A stretch of 64,000 bases of DNA from Lama guanicoe (Eukaryota), in the NCBI GenBank assembly GCA_013239625.1, contig MU056898.1, positions 2,075,717 through 2,139,716 of the forward strand, written 5' to 3'. Below are positions 36,401 to 50,116 of this stretch, piece by piece. The notes under the pieces were generated by a model. It was not told the DNA's origin, made no database searches, and saw nothing but the letters and a program-made list of their open reading frames with translations. The translations under genes were made by a program, and so were the position numbers. The stretch's first letter is position 1. Each line of letters opens with the position of its first letter.

Positions 36401-38879
36401 GGGCCGGCGTGGGCTGTGGCTGTCCCACCGGTAGACACTCCGGGTGAGGAGTCTGGTACGAGGGCAGAACCCGCCCCACGCGTGGGGTTGAAGTCCGCGG
36501 CGTCAGCCTCAACTCCTTGAGAGGACCCGGTGGAAGAGTCTGGCACAGTAACGGGTCTGATCTGAGCAGGTTCCTTCAGACAGGCCCCGAGGCCGCCGAG
36601 GCAGGGCCCCCTGCGCTGCGTGTGTGGGCCCAGGTGCGAGGACGCGGGCGGGGTGCGGTGGGCTGGGTGCTCTGTGGTCTCTCTCTCACAGCACACACGC
36701 AGAGGCCACGCGGTCCTGGGGACCAGGCCCCTGGCTCCCCCGCGTGTGGACTGGCCAAGTCCTGCATCCCCAGGTGGGACCTGAAGTGAGTTGTTTCCCC
36801 AGTCGTGCAGGGGCCTCCTCGTCTTTGGGGGGTGGGAGTGTGGGCGCCCCCGTCACCCCTGCCACTCACCCCCACCCTGTGCTGGGCCTCTGTCCATCCT
36901 CTGCTGTCCTGGGTGGACGGGCGTGGGACAGAGCTCTGGGGCCACAGTGACAGGGCCCCGGGAGCTGTCCCCCCAGGTGCGGAGGGCCTGGTGGAGACCC
37001 CACCTGCACAGACATGAGAAATGGCTCCTGCAGACACTGAGGAGTCTGGAACACCTGCCAGCCTCTGGGGGCCTGACTGGGTGGGCAGAGCTGGGTTCGT
37101 GTGAGCCCCAGGGATCTGGGCCAGGCCTCGGGGTGCAGGGGTGGTCTCTCCTCGTCTGCGGGTGCTTGTGCTCACACAAGCTGTCTCAGAAGCTGTTAGG
37201 AGCTGCCAGCCCCTCGGACACCCAACCCCGACCCAAAGCTCTCGGAACGTGCTCTCAGCCAACGCGAGCAGGCCTGCGGCTGTGAGCCTGGGGCCCAGCA
37301 GACACAAGGACAGAAAGGACCTGAGGTCTTCCAGGGCCCGAGCCGCTCATCCCTGGGGCCTCGGCCTGCAGCAGCCCGCGGGGACGGAGGTGGGCTGGCC
37401 GTTCCTGGGAGTCTTCTGGTTGCTGGAGGCCCAAAGCGCCCAGTAGCCTCAGGGGCTCCCGGTCACTGGCGGTGGGACCGCAGGGGTTCCTGGCTGCGCC
37501 TGGCAGGACAGACCCCGGTGGGCCTCCCCCAGGGAGAGAGGGCGTGTGGGGCTGGTGGGGGGGACGGAGAGTCTCACTTCAGTCCCTGGACCTCCACTCC
37601 CTCCAGGAAGACCCTGGGAGGAGGGTGTTGGTGGGCCAGATCTGGGTCCCAGGTGCCCTCTGCTGCCGCCCTCCCCACGTCCGAGTCCATGACCCCGAGA
37701 ACCCCCTTGGCCTGCGGGCAGCCGGACTGGAGCTGTTCCCTCCTGCGCGCTCCCACACGGGAGGCTTTGCCGTGGAAACCGGAGGTTGGCTCTGTCTCCT
37801 CTCTGCACGTTTTTGTGCATTTTATGAATGTCCACGGCGTTAAGGCAGCTGCACAACAACTGATCTCTAAGTGGCCCTTTGGCCAGGGGCTTCCCGGCTC
37901 AGCCTGGGCTGGCTGCTCCCCCTCACGTCTCAGCGGGGGTTCAGAGTTCACCGTCGTCTCGGGGACTTTCAGAGAGACCACCTCCGGCCTGGTTGCACGG
38001 ATCCCAGGGTCCTGGTCTTTTGGGGTCAGCCCACCCTACCATGTGCCAGGCCAAGGGCTAGTGGGCGGAGGGGTGCGGCCCCTGGGCGGTTTGCTGTGTG
38101 TTTGTTGAGGAGGGGTCGTCCGGCCCACTTGCCACAGACTCGCTCTGGGTCCCGGGTGAAAGAGGGGCCAGGCCGGAGCAGGAAGGCCAGGTGATGGTGG
38201 GTGGGCAGCTGTAGGTCGGGTACTGACATATGAGTAGAAGTTCTCCAGGTGGAGAAGGTGGGGAAGGGCACCAGGAGAAACACAGGGGCACGAGGCCGGG
38301 CTCCCCAGATCTGGCGGGAGGGGGCAGTGCCAACTTAGGGGAGCCAGACCACACACACCCTGCACTCTGGGCAGGGGGTTTGGACGTCCACTCTGTGCTG
38401 TCCAGACGACCAGCACCATCCTGACCTGAGTCTCACAGCTCCTGAGGAGCCTCCCATGGGCCTGGGGTGTTTGCTCCTATCTTGAGACCCTCCCGCCCTC
38501 TTCTGGCGCTCCGCCCACCGGGCTGCGTCCTCCGCTGCTCAGCCGGGAGGGCCCTGCCGGGAGGGGCCCAAGGCCAGTCAGCCTGGTCTCCGTCTCCCCG
38601 CAGTGACGGTCGGGTGTCCATGCTGGTGCCAGTCCCTCCCTGTCGAGGGAGTCAGCAAAGGGCTCACTGGCCACCGTCAGTATCAAAGGACAGCAGTCTC
38701 AGGCCAGAAGGTGGCAGGAAGATACACTTTCCTTCTGAGCGGAAGCAGGGGGAGCACCTGCCCAGAAGCCGGGCTGGGCTGGGAGCCACGCTGCACCCCT
38801 GTGCACCCGTCTGGGCAACCCAGACCTCTGTCCTGGCTGGGCCGCAGCGGTGGGATCTCAGTGGAGGCCTTTCCACTGG

Positions 38880-39570
38880 AGAACTTACTTTTTATGGGCA
38901 GTTTTAGGTTCGCAGCCCCCCCCCAATATCAGCACCCCCACCAGATGGGGCGTGTGTCACACTCGAACAACCTGCAGGACACGTCAGTCACCCGGAGTCC
39001 ACAGTTCGCGTCAGGGTCCACTCGGCGCCCTCGTTCTGTGGGTTGGACAGTGTGTGACTGTGTCAGTAGTTGCTGTGTCGCACGGAGCAGCTTCCCTGCT
39101 GTGGAAGCCGTCTCTGCTCCACCCGCTCAGCCCTGCCTCTCCTGGCCTCTGGCCTTTCGCTGCCGCCACAGTCTTGCCTTTTCCAGAAAGCTGTGTAGTT
39201 GGAACCTTTTCTCACCGGCTTCTTTCACTCAGTCGTATACGCATGTAAGCTTCCTCCGTGGCTTTTCGTGACCTGATGGCTTTTGCTTTTTCCCGCTGAG
39301 TCATGTTCTGTCTGAGCGGACCGCTGTCACTTGTCCGTTGCCTCCTGCCGGACACCTCGGCTGCTCCCAGGCTTTGACAATTGTAAAGGAAGCTGCTGTA
39401 AGCGCCCGTGTGCAGGTTTTTGTGGGGATGTGAGCTTTCACCCTGACCTTTTGGGTAAATACCGGGGGGCACGATTGCTGGATCTCAGAGGGGTCCGAGT
39501 CCCCGCCTGGTGTCTGGATGGCCCCCAGCTCCTGTCCGGCTCCACTCTGATCCCACCAGGGGCTCCCACA
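38880..39570 (-). mobile_element. L1MC1/2-like 3' UTR fragment
   Basis: gcagttttaggttcgcag...gtccacagttcgcgtcagggtccactc...ttctgtgggttggacag...gtcttgccttttccagaaa...ttttgggtaaatacc. Confidence 0.75.
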
Positions 39571-41029
39571 CCCGAAATCTCCCAGGCCCTGTTCTGGGCA
39601 GCTCTGATGTCCACTGAGACAGTCAGAGGAGTCCAAGGGGTCCCGGCTCTGACCGTCTCCTTCCGCGTCACCATACGGCCTCGTCCTCTGGGGGCCTGTC
39701 CTCTTCGAGCCCCTGTTGTAGGCCCCAGGCCCATGCTGGGCGGACCTCCACCCCAGCCCCCCTCAGCCACCCTTTGCAGGGCCGGGGGCAGCTCCCAGCC
39801 AAGCCCTGCAGGCGCTCCTGAGCTCGGAGGTACCCCATCCACACCCACCTGCAGGTGGACACCCTGAGTCCCCCACGCAGGACCTCCCATCTTGCCTCCC
39901 GGCTCGATCGCACTGGCCCGTGACTCGGGCCTTCTCTGCCGTCCTCCCCAACGGCATATGTGGCATGTGCGGGTTCCTGCCGGGCTGCTGCGGCCGGCGT
40001 CTAGGGCGGAGGCTGGGAGCTCAGGGCTTCTGCACTGAGATGCACGCCTTTCTAAAAAGTGAAGTTTTTAAAATTGTGCAAGTGAAACGCTATTTGCTGG
40101 AATAAGACCAGGGACGCGGAGACATCTTCAGAAAGGCATGGTTCCGCCCCCCCCCCCACGGTTTGTGTGGATTCTGACGAGTGCCTTTTCCTCGAGGGCT
40201 TCCTCCTCATTTCCTTAGTGCGAGAATCAGGATAAGGAGTTGAGGATGGGCCCCCCAGAAAGCACACGAGCCCCATCCTCCTCACACCCCTCGGCCCCCC
40301 GGAGGCCTGCGTTTCCCATTCTCAGCCGTTCCCGGATCTTGTTTCCCCTGGTGTCTTCACACACGGCGCGAGGCGTTCCCAGACGAGACAGATGTGGAAC
40401 GCATTTGCTGGATTCCGAGGTCCTGCCTGGTCCCGAATGAGATTCCTGGCACCCTGGGAGGGAGAAGCAGCGTGCGGAGGCCGTTGGCCGTGAGGAATGG
40501 GAAAGTCCGAACAGACGTGCCGTCTTGACGAGGCAGCATGCGGGGTGCCAGGCCCCCGCCCACCGAGGGTGGCTCCGTCCCCGCGTGCGCCCCTCCTCGC
40601 TCTGGGCCGGCCACTGGGCGGGCCTTGGGCTCTTGGGCCCGGCCCTCTGGAAGTGCCAGGGCTCATGGTGTCCCCGTGAGGGAGTGGTCCCCAGCACCCA
40701 CATGTGGCCGCATGTGTCCGTCTGGGTCACTGCCGGTGTCCGTCCGCCGCTGTGGCCCCCTGGCCCCAGTGGCCCCCCGGTGTCGGCTGCCAGGGGCCTG
40801 GGGGTAAGGCACCCAGTGTGGCCATCTTCCCAGGGAGCCGTCAGCCTTGTGACGAGCCCAGGCCCTGCAGGGAGGCGCACTGGGGTGACGGGGCGCTCTC
40901 CCTGGACAGCAGGGTGCTTGGAAGCCCACAGCGTGACCCCTGAGGGGCGCCTGCCGCTGAGCTGGTGCAGGGACGGGAGCAGGCCAGGCGGGACTCCGGT
41001 GGCCAGGGCCTTTGTGGAACAATTTGTCC

Positions 41030-41180
41030 TTTAAATTGCGGCAAGATGCACGTAGCATACGATCTACCGTTTCAACCATTCTAAGTGCGCAGTTCAGGGG
41101 CAGAGAGCGCGTTCACCTTCTTGTGCAGCCCTCACCACCATCCGTCTGCAGAGCCTTCTGTTGTCCCACCTGAGACTGGC
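41030..41180 (-). mobile_element. L1MB-like 3' end fragment
   Basis: taccgtttcaaccattctaagtgcgcagttcag...ttcaccttcttgtgcagccctcaccaccatccgtctgcagag. Confidence 0.7.
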
Positions 41181-44100
41181 CCTCCCCTGTCCCTGCTGGC
41201 ACACAGACCCCAGCAGGCGGAAGCCGCGGGGGCTGGAGCAGCTGGTGGGAGACCCCGGGCACGCCATGCATCTGGGACCACCCACGGCGAGTTGCTGAGA
41301 GCTTCTGAGTCAGCCCGGCAGGGGCTCCCTGGCCCTCGTCCTGCTGGAGGACAGTGTCTGCAGAGAGACCTGGGGGTGTCCTAGGGACGGGACCGAGGTG
41401 GGCCGTGTGGCCTGACCTCTCGGGGCAGCTGCCTGGAGGGCTGAGGGCCTGGTCGATGCGACAGGCGGTTGTGCCCCTCCTTCTGGGTTGGAGTCGTCAG
41501 GGGCTCTGGGGCTTTGGGTTAGGGGGACCCTTTGCAGGACAGAGCAGGTGTTTCTGACACAGCGAGCCTGGGTCTGGCTCAGGGAGCCCCCGTGTCTGCA
41601 CTGTGGTTGCCAAGTGGAAGGATGCCACGCGCCTTGTTAACTGAGCGGTCACCGGCAGGGAGACAACATCAAATGAAGAGGGCCCTGCACCCGCAGCACG
41701 GTTGGCGCCCGGGCAGGCTGGAGGCGGGCGGGGGCAGCCGGGGGCCGCTAGCATGCCGCTGGTGCCAACTGGAGGACCTTCGGCTGGGGCACAGCTGGGG
41801 AGCAGCTGGTGGGCAGTGGAGCCTTCTCCTGGAAGCCGTCCTGACCGTCCACAAGGGTGGGCAGTGATGGGGAGGGGTGGGTGGGAGAGGCTGAGGCTCT
41901 GGCCTTAACACAGGTGGGAGGGACGAAGATCGTGGTGGTGAGGAGGGGGCCGAGGGCAGGGTCCAGTCTCAATGACCCGCGACTGGGGCCGGTGAGGCGG
42001 GGGAGGTGTGGAGCCACCGCTCGGCGCTGAGGTCACTGGGGCTGTCAGCCCGCAGACGAGGTGCTGGGCTGTGTCTTGGGAGCGGAGGTGCCCCGAGAGG
42101 CCCCACTTAGATGCTTGGGGTTGAACCCCAGAAACTGCTTTGTCTCCAGAGTGGACCCTCAACCCCCGGCAGAAGGAGCCTGAGCGCTGGCATCTTAGGG
42201 CTGGACCAGCAGCAGCTTGTCCTCCCCACTCGGCACGCAGCTGAGCCCGGACGGCTGTGATGCCTCGGGCCTGCTCTCCCCGGCCCCCGAGTCTGCAGAT
42301 GGCAGGGAGGAACTGGGCCACAAAAGGGCGTTGGGAGCGGAGCCAGAGCCGCAGCTCAACCAGGTGAACAGGTGCAGCGCCTGCATCTTCCTGGATGCGC
42401 GTGCGGCCCTGTCCCCGGGCGGACGTGCCCATCACAGCCATGCTGGTGTCCCCGGATGGGCAGGGCTGGGCTCCCAAGACAGCAGAGACTCGGCCGGTCT
42501 GGAGGAGGGCCCCGACCTAGCAGGGCGTCCGGGGCCCCCGGCCTCTCCTTCCGGCCCCAGAGCCAGAACTCTCTTTCTTCCGCAGTGTTCCCTGCAAAGC
42601 TGCTGGTTTGTGCCTTTGCCAAGGCACCGACCGTGTGGACGGTGCATTAAATGTTGCCTGGAGAGCTGACCTGGGGCCCCTTACCAACCCCGCATGTTTG
42701 TGCTGCAGCTCTGGCCGTGCTGGCAGCCAGGGTGCGGGGTCTTCACAGAGAGACCCCAAGCACCTAACAGACAGTCAAGGAGGTGCCCAGGACTTGGGGT
42801 TACGTGGATCCTCGTGCCCCAGGGAGTGGGAAATGGGTTTGGAGGGAAGGGAGCATCTGTGAGGACCGTGAACTAGTCCTCCCCGTGGAGAAAACAGTTT
42901 TGTTGCAACGATAGCTTCCTTAAAAACTTTAAAAAATTTGTGCATGAGCTCATTCATGCAGAAGGAACCACACAGCTACCTGGAGGTGTTCACAGGCAGC
43001 GCCGGCTTAATCCTGCATGTGTGTATGGACACGGATGTGGATTCTGCACCCGGCAAACTGCGTGTGCACATGAAGCGTAACGGCCAAGCAGGTTGTCGTG
43101 GTTTTCCCGGTGTGCGGAGTTCCGTTAGGGGAGGCAGTGCCCGGTGAGCCTGGTGCCCTGTGGTGAGCCCTCTGTGTCTGCTGGTCACACTTACTCTCGT
43201 GTCCGCTGCCCTGATGACCGCCTGCCAGCTCTGACCTGCATAGAAGTGCTTCCAGAGCCAGGACCTTTACCCTCACCTCACTCTGCGGGTGGACAGGCAC
43301 TGCAGACGAGGAGCCTGGGACGTGGGCAGGGCCCGGCCTCCCCAAAACCATGGCCAGTGCGTTGCAGAGCTGCCCAGAGCACGGGGCTTCCCACTGTCCC
43401 ACACCTGCCTCCTTCTGCTCTTTTTTTTTTAGTTGCCTTTTAATTTAAGGGAAGTGATGCTGGTTTCCGTTTCTGGCTCTAATCTTGCTTGTTTTACAAT
43501 ATATATTTATTTAAATAAAATAACTGGTTTTCCTCTTTTCGACCTTGGTGTGAATGGCATGTAAGAATGTGTGCCCCCTGCACAACCGGCCGTGGGGTTC
43601 AAGTTCTCCCCTTCTGCCCTGACAGCGCAGCGGCCGGGACGGCAGTGTCCGTCCCTCCTCGGTGGGACGGCACCGGGCTGTGATGACCGGGGCAGTGTGG
43701 GCACGTACACATGGGCTCTGACGGATGCCAGGCTCGTCCCCAGCGGCCGCAAGTCCTGGGTGGGGGTCCTGTTTCACTGGGCGCTGTCCTTGCCGAGCCC
43801 TGCCCGCTCTGGCCTGCACCCCTTGGGGTGGACCAGTGGCCACAGCTCTGATCTGACCCTGCCTGACCCCCTGCCAGGGTGTCATTTCTGGGGGCGACCT
43901 GTGTCTGCCCTTCTCCACTGCTGAGGTGTCCCAGCCCTGCAGCAGCGTCCGGCTCACGGGCAGGAGGAGTGGGTGACGGCCTGCCGGATGGAACAGAGGG
44001 AGGGTGTCGTGTTCCCGGGGGGCACGTGGCCCCGGCCCGGGAGGCGGCCCTGCAGCGAGGCCGTCCTCCATGCTTCTCCGGGTCCTGGCGCCCATGGGCG

Positions 44101-47100
44101 GGGCTGTGTCTTCCTGCCTCTCGGGGCTCCATCGTCACCTGACCCAGCAGGGGGACTCCAGGCCCGCGGCCTGGGGTCAGCGCCGGGCTGGAGGGGCCGC
44201 TTGGTGGGGGAGTGGGCAGCCCAGAGGTCCTGCTTCGATGAGCATATTCACCTCGACCTCGACTGGTTTCCTGTCTTACAGAAGTCACACTTGCCTGTTG
44301 TAGAAACCAAGACGTTGATTTGGGTTTCAATTTTGTGGAAAAATGAGAAAAACCAAAAGCATGAAAGGAAAGCGGGTCTCATACTCCAGCCCCCCGCCCC
44401 CCCCCGGCAGTGCCGTTTTCTCGGCGTCCTCCTGGGCCCATTCCTGTGTGGCCCGGTTTATTTTTAGAGTTGGGTTAGAATCGGTAAGTGACAAATCTGG
44501 GGACTATGGTCTCGAGTTCTGGCAAGGATGCTCTTCCAGCCCCGGATCCCAGCTCTCAATCCCCTTAGGATGTCTGTCCCTTCACGGCCGTCTGGGAACC
44601 GAGCTCGGAGCACGGCTGTTTCCAGGCCTGGGGACGGTTCGCCCCCCCGGAAGACCGGCTGCCGCGTCAGGGAACGCTGGGCCTGTGGGTGGGAGGCCCC
44701 CACCGTCTGGTCCGTCAGCCGCCCCCACCCCCGCCGCCCTGAGGCCTGGCGGCCGTGCCCAGTTGGGTGGCAAGGCCGTCCCAGGGCAGGACTCCCTCAG
44801 TCCTGCGGTTACCCCCAGCACTTGGGGGTGGGGGTGACGGTGTCTCAGCCTCGGCTGCTGTAACAAAGAGCCCCCAGCACACTGCAGCGCGGGCACAGGG
44901 GTGGCCTGGGCTCATCACGGAAACCCCTGGTGCGTGGCTCTGCCGCTTGTGGCCTTTCCGTCTCATGGCCCCACAGCCCCTTGGCACCCGTGGCCGAGTG
45001 CCCCAGTCGAGGCTGGGCTGCCAGCACGCGGGAAGGGACCCCAGGACGTGGGAGCGCCGGGCCGGAGCCTGCCCAGTGTTCACCCTGGGTTCACCCTCGC
45101 GCCGTCCAGCCTGGAGGGCGGGTGTCAGGCCGGTCAGGCGCTCACGTGTCCTCCGTGTCAACGTGCCAGTCACAGGTTGAAGAGGTGCGTCCGTCTCCGT
45201 GGAAGTAGGTTTCATGGCAACCAACCTGTCGTCGACCATAAGGCGGGCTGGCGTGTGTGTGACCAGGAGAGAGAGGCCAGTGACCACAGGAAACGCCCCT
45301 GGTGCCGGAGAAGACAGAGGGTGGGAAGGTGTCTGCGCAGGGCCCCGGTGGGCAGACAAGTGAGAAACGGACGTTGGTTGGCCCACCTGAGCCTGTGCCT
45401 GCCCCTCCTGCCCGCTGAACCCCAGCCCGCAGCGCCTCCCCCGAGTGAGCACTCAGCAGTCGGCTAGACCCCCACCCCCAGCAGTGAGTGAGGCGAGCAT
45501 GTGACCTGCTCTGGCCAGTGAGATGTGAGGAGAGGCTGCTGAGCGCTCCCAGGTTTTCCTGCTGATGGCAAGGGGGAGGCATTTGGTGACTCCTGGAAGC
45601 AGCCCCTGTGCCACCGCAAGGACCTGACCGAGGCCGCTGGAGCAGGAGGCGAGGACAAGCCTGGGGCAGAGACGTCTCCGGGCCGCTGAGCAGCCGGCCC
45701 TGCAGCCTCCCGACAGCCTTCGGGTTCTTCGGGAGGGCGGTTGCCCTTGGGTGCGCTGAGACGCCTCCGATTGGGTTTTCTGGGCTCTGGGGCTCAAGTA
45801 CCTAATCAGACGCTCGAAGCCTGGAGTTTCACTGAGTAAGAACCGGAGACTTCAGTTCCGTTCCTGAGGTCCTGAAGAGAAAAATGATCCAAGTGTAAAA
45901 TGGAAAATTGTCCAAGATGAGAATGAAAGCCACGTGCGTCATATGCGTAAAAAGTCAGGAAAGTGAATGATAGTTCCGTCAACGCGACGTTGTGTCAAGA
46001 AAACCACTGCCGCCCCCCCAGACCTGACTGCCCTCCGCTCCAGTTTTGTCTCCTGGTCTCCCGGCAGCGGCTCCAGGGAGTCCAGGTGACCAGCCCACGT
46101 CTCACTGCCGAGTGACACCCCCCTCAGCCAGTGTCCCGACGTGGGCCGTGGGGCCCGGGAAGACCTGGCCTGGAGGACAGAGCGGGGACGGTGTGGGGAG
46201 CAGCGGGGGCCGTTCTGGTTCGTGGGGCCCAGGACCCAGCTCCTCTCCGTGGGGTCAGCAAGGGACCACGTGTTCAGCCGGCCCTGCCCCTCTGCCTGGG
46301 TCTGTGGGCGCCCAGACCAGGGAGCGCTCCTGGCCGGCCGGGCGGGTGCAGACGGTCTGTTGTTTACAGGCCCTGCTCTGTCCGTCCGCCTGCCTCATGA
46401 ACATCCCGGACGCTGCAGCCGAGTGGCTCGGTGGCCGGAGTGGGGGCCAGTGTGGGGGCCCCCACGGGTGGCCAGAGAGTCCAGGCACGGTGGGCACAGG
46501 CAGGGTCTCTTGGCCGTCTCTCGCAGACCGGGTGGAGGGAGTTACTCATTAGCGCGGGCACGGCCGGGCCAGCGCTCGTGAGGCGAGTCTGGGTGAGCGA
46601 AGCCCACCTGGGAACGAACGGCTTGTTCCTGCGGCCAGGGCAGTGGGTGTCGGCCGTCCAGGCCAGGGACGTTCCTGCACAGTGGGGGCCGGGCCCCAGG
46701 CCCTGTGGGTGCGGGGGCCCCCCAGTGCTGAAGCACCCTGGTCCTCTGGGCCTCAGACGCCTCGCGCCCCACCCCCCGCAAGGGGAAGCCGTGGAGACGA
46801 AGGGGACCCGTCTGAGCGGCCCTTGAGACCCACTGCACAGAGACACGGTTAATGGACGCTCGCGGCTAGTCCTCATGCAGCTGAGGGGCGTGCAGGGAAG
46901 ATTCTGGGTTCTGGACGGGACCTGCCCTCGGGGCCCCCAACGGCAGGTGAAGGGGCCGTGGGCTCTGAACGCACCGGTGCCGGGACGTGGCTGCCGTGGC
47001 CGCAGCCCCACCGCCGGGGGCCCCGCCAAGCGGCTCTGCCCACCCCTGTGTTAATCATTGAGCCCCAGTGTCTGCAGGCACCCCCATCTGGGGGCTGGGG

Positions 47101-47460
47101 GGCCACATCGCTTGACGGGTGCATGACCCCGAGACCGCGCTCTTCCCGCTTGGCGCTCTGTCCTTGAGACTTAAGCCAGGGTCGGCTCGGAGCAGCGCTG
47201 GCCTTGGCGGTGCCTCCCGGTTCTGCCAGCTCCCTGCCTGCAGGCAGACGGTTCAGGGCAGGAGTGGGCTTCAGAGGATGGTGGTCTCGGGGTGTGGCTC
47301 CCAGACCCCATGCCTTTCTGTCCCTGAGGGGAAGACAGGGTGTTCACTTTGGAAGAGGGGGGCTGTGGGAGGGAGCCAGTGGGAGGGGGATCCGGGCAGG
47401 GACCCTCACAGGTGACCCCTCACATGTGGCCCTTTGCTGGGTAACACCCCCACATGGTGA

Positions 47461-47697
<237 letters not shown>

Positions 47698-47884
47698 TGA
47701 GGTCCTGGGCGTGGGCTGACCGGGGCGGGCGGGCCCAGCTGTGTTTGAGTTTCAGGTGAACAGGGAGCGCCTGTTAGCCTGCGTATGTCCCGGGGCCCCT
47801 GGGCATGCGCGCTCAGAGGCGGCCAAGCGTCCCAGGGCCTGGCCTCGTCCCTCAATCTGCAGCCTCCCCGAGGCCGGGACCTGA

Positions 47885-48076
<192 letters not shown>

Positions 48077-49195
48077 GCCCGCTTGCCCACCCGCGCGCCC
48101 AGCACTGCGCCTGGCTACCCCGCCTCCAGCTCACTTCGGATAAAGATCACCTTGTGCCCTGGAAGGCCAGGCCAGGAGGTGCAGCCACCCTCCTCTGTGC
48201 CCCCCTCCATCTGCCACAGGCTTGTCCTGGGGGACCCACCCTGCTCCCCAGGTCCTCGGGAGATGCAGGGGGATGCCCACCCCCAGGGGACCGGCTGTGC
48301 GGTCCAGTCGGGCCAGGAACTGCTCAGTGCCCGGGCTTGGGGACGTGAGGCCGCCTGTTCTGCAGCCGAGTGCGGGACGATGACATCCCAGGGGGACCCC
48401 GCAGGCACCCTTGAGAAGTTTGGGTGAGAAGTTGAGGCTAGAAAGAGAGGATCCAGGCCCCTCCCTCAAACACTTGCCCCCCAGAGGGTCCTCCCAAGAC
48501 GCCAGGGTTGGGGGAAGCCAGTCCCGGCCTCAGAGGAAGGTGGCTCCAGGCTCCCATGGAACGTTTCGGGGAGTGGGCTCGGTCCTCACCTTTCCTGGAG
48601 AGCTGGGAGCTCTAACCCTTACACCCGAGTCAGGACAGAGACGCCCAGGGAGGGAGGGAAACCCCATGAGAGTTCGGGACTTTCCGGGGTGCAGTGAGAC
48701 CTGTTCTCTCCAAGTGGGGGTGTCCCCAGACAGCACTGCCATCCCCTTCTTTGTACAGCGGCTTCTTGGAGGCCCTGGGAGGAAGTGGAGAGATTTGCTA
48801 AAACATATCCTGGATAAAGTGGTCAGAACCAGGGCCCTGGGAGTCGCTTTTCAGCAGATACACCTCCTGCTGAACAGGGTGAGTCCAGCTGCCCTGGGCC
48901 CCACACAGCTATGTCGTCAACCGACTGAATGCCCCTTGACAGCATCTTCCGTCCCACCCTAACGTGAGCTGGAGAGGCCTGGGGTCGGTGCCTCGTGAGA
49001 CTTCCGGGGACCTGACGTGCGAAGGAAATGGCGCCTCTAGCCTGCCCGTACACATCCAGAGAGGCTGCCGGTTTGCGGTGCCCCTGGCCAGCCTGCCTTC
49101 ACCCATGATGCTTCTGTGACTTGTCAGCCCCGCCCCGTTTATCACAATGTTCTGAACGCTGCATGTGCTATTAAACGTGCAATGAGCGAACTCGG
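48077..49195 (+). other. PRKAR1B: Probable PRKAR1B 3' UTR (about 1.1 kb)
   Basis: Runs from the stop codon to just past the first strong poly(A) hexamer. The 3' end is inferred. Confidence 0.7.
49170..49175 (+). terminator. Polyadenylation signal ATTAAA
   Basis: First A(A/T)TAAA I found after the stop codon. Followed about 20-70 nt later by GU/U-rich sequence (ggggttttggtct...ttttctccttttggtttt). Confidence 0.7.
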
Positions 49196-49229
49196 GGTTT
49201 TGGTCTGAGATATTTACTAGCAGGTTTTC

Positions 49230-49680
49230 TCCTTTTGGTTTTAGTGATGTAAAATAATCCACACATAAACTTGTGATCCTGACCGTTTCTAAGCGCACAG
49301 CTCAGTGGTGTCAGTCACATTCACGCTGTTGTGCACCCTCACCCCCACATCGCCTCAAACTGACTGTTCCGGTAAACATGGTCTCCCCCTCCCCCAGCCC
49401 CCGGCCCCGCCCCCTGCTTCCTGTCTCTGTGACTGACTCCTCCAGGGACTCACAGAAGGGCGGTCACACGGTGTCTGTCCCTCTGTGCCTGTCTGGCTTA
49501 TGTCACTGAGCACCGTGTCCTCGACGTCTGTCCACGCTGCAGCAGGCGTCAGAGTCTCCCTCCTTTTCGCGGCTGAATCAGAGTCCGGTGTGTGGATGGA
49601 CCCTCTTCTTTATCCGTCCACCCGTCGATGTCGAAGGACCCTTGGGTTGTTAAGCCTCCCTCACGGCCCTGACTATGACG
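49230..49680 (-). mobile_element. L1MB3-like 3' end fragment just downstream of the poly(A) signal
   Basis: atcctgaccgtttctaagcgcacagctcagtggtgtcagtcacattcacgctgttgtgca...ctggcttatgtcactgagcaccgtgtcctc. Confidence 0.8.
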
Positions 49681-49764
49681 AGTTCGCGGTTCCCTCGGGG
49701 GCAGCAGGGCTGAGCGCTGGGAGGAAGGAAGCAGGACCCGGGCCCACCCCAGGCAGTGAGGGCA

Positions 49765-50116
49765 GGTTCTAAGCGGTGACTCGGGAGAGGGTGGCGAAGA
49801 GGAACACTTGTGGTCTGACCCTCGTGTCCAGACTTCGGGACCAGGGCCGGAGAGGGGATGCAGGGAGGGAGGCAGAGTCCAGGAGGAGAGAGGAAGCCAC
49901 GCCTCGGCTCAGGGTGGTGGACAGCCACGGCCAGGGAACGCGGCGCCTCTCGGAGCCAGGGAAGGCAGAGGCGGGCCTCCCAGGGCCTCCCGAGGGAACC
50001 AGCCCCCGGAGCGTTTCAGGGTCCAGCCCCAGGCCGTGGGGTAAGGTGATACCCTGAGCTGCTCTGAGTGGCTGAGTCTGGGGTGTTTTGTTACAGCAGC
50101 GCAGGACACTCACACA
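49765..50116 (+). mobile_element. MaLR solo LTR (MLT1B/C-like)
   Basis: Ends in ggggtgttttgttacagcagcgcaggacactcacaca (MLT1 3' terminus). Internal gccacggccagggaacgc...gagggaaccagccc. Confidence 0.7.
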
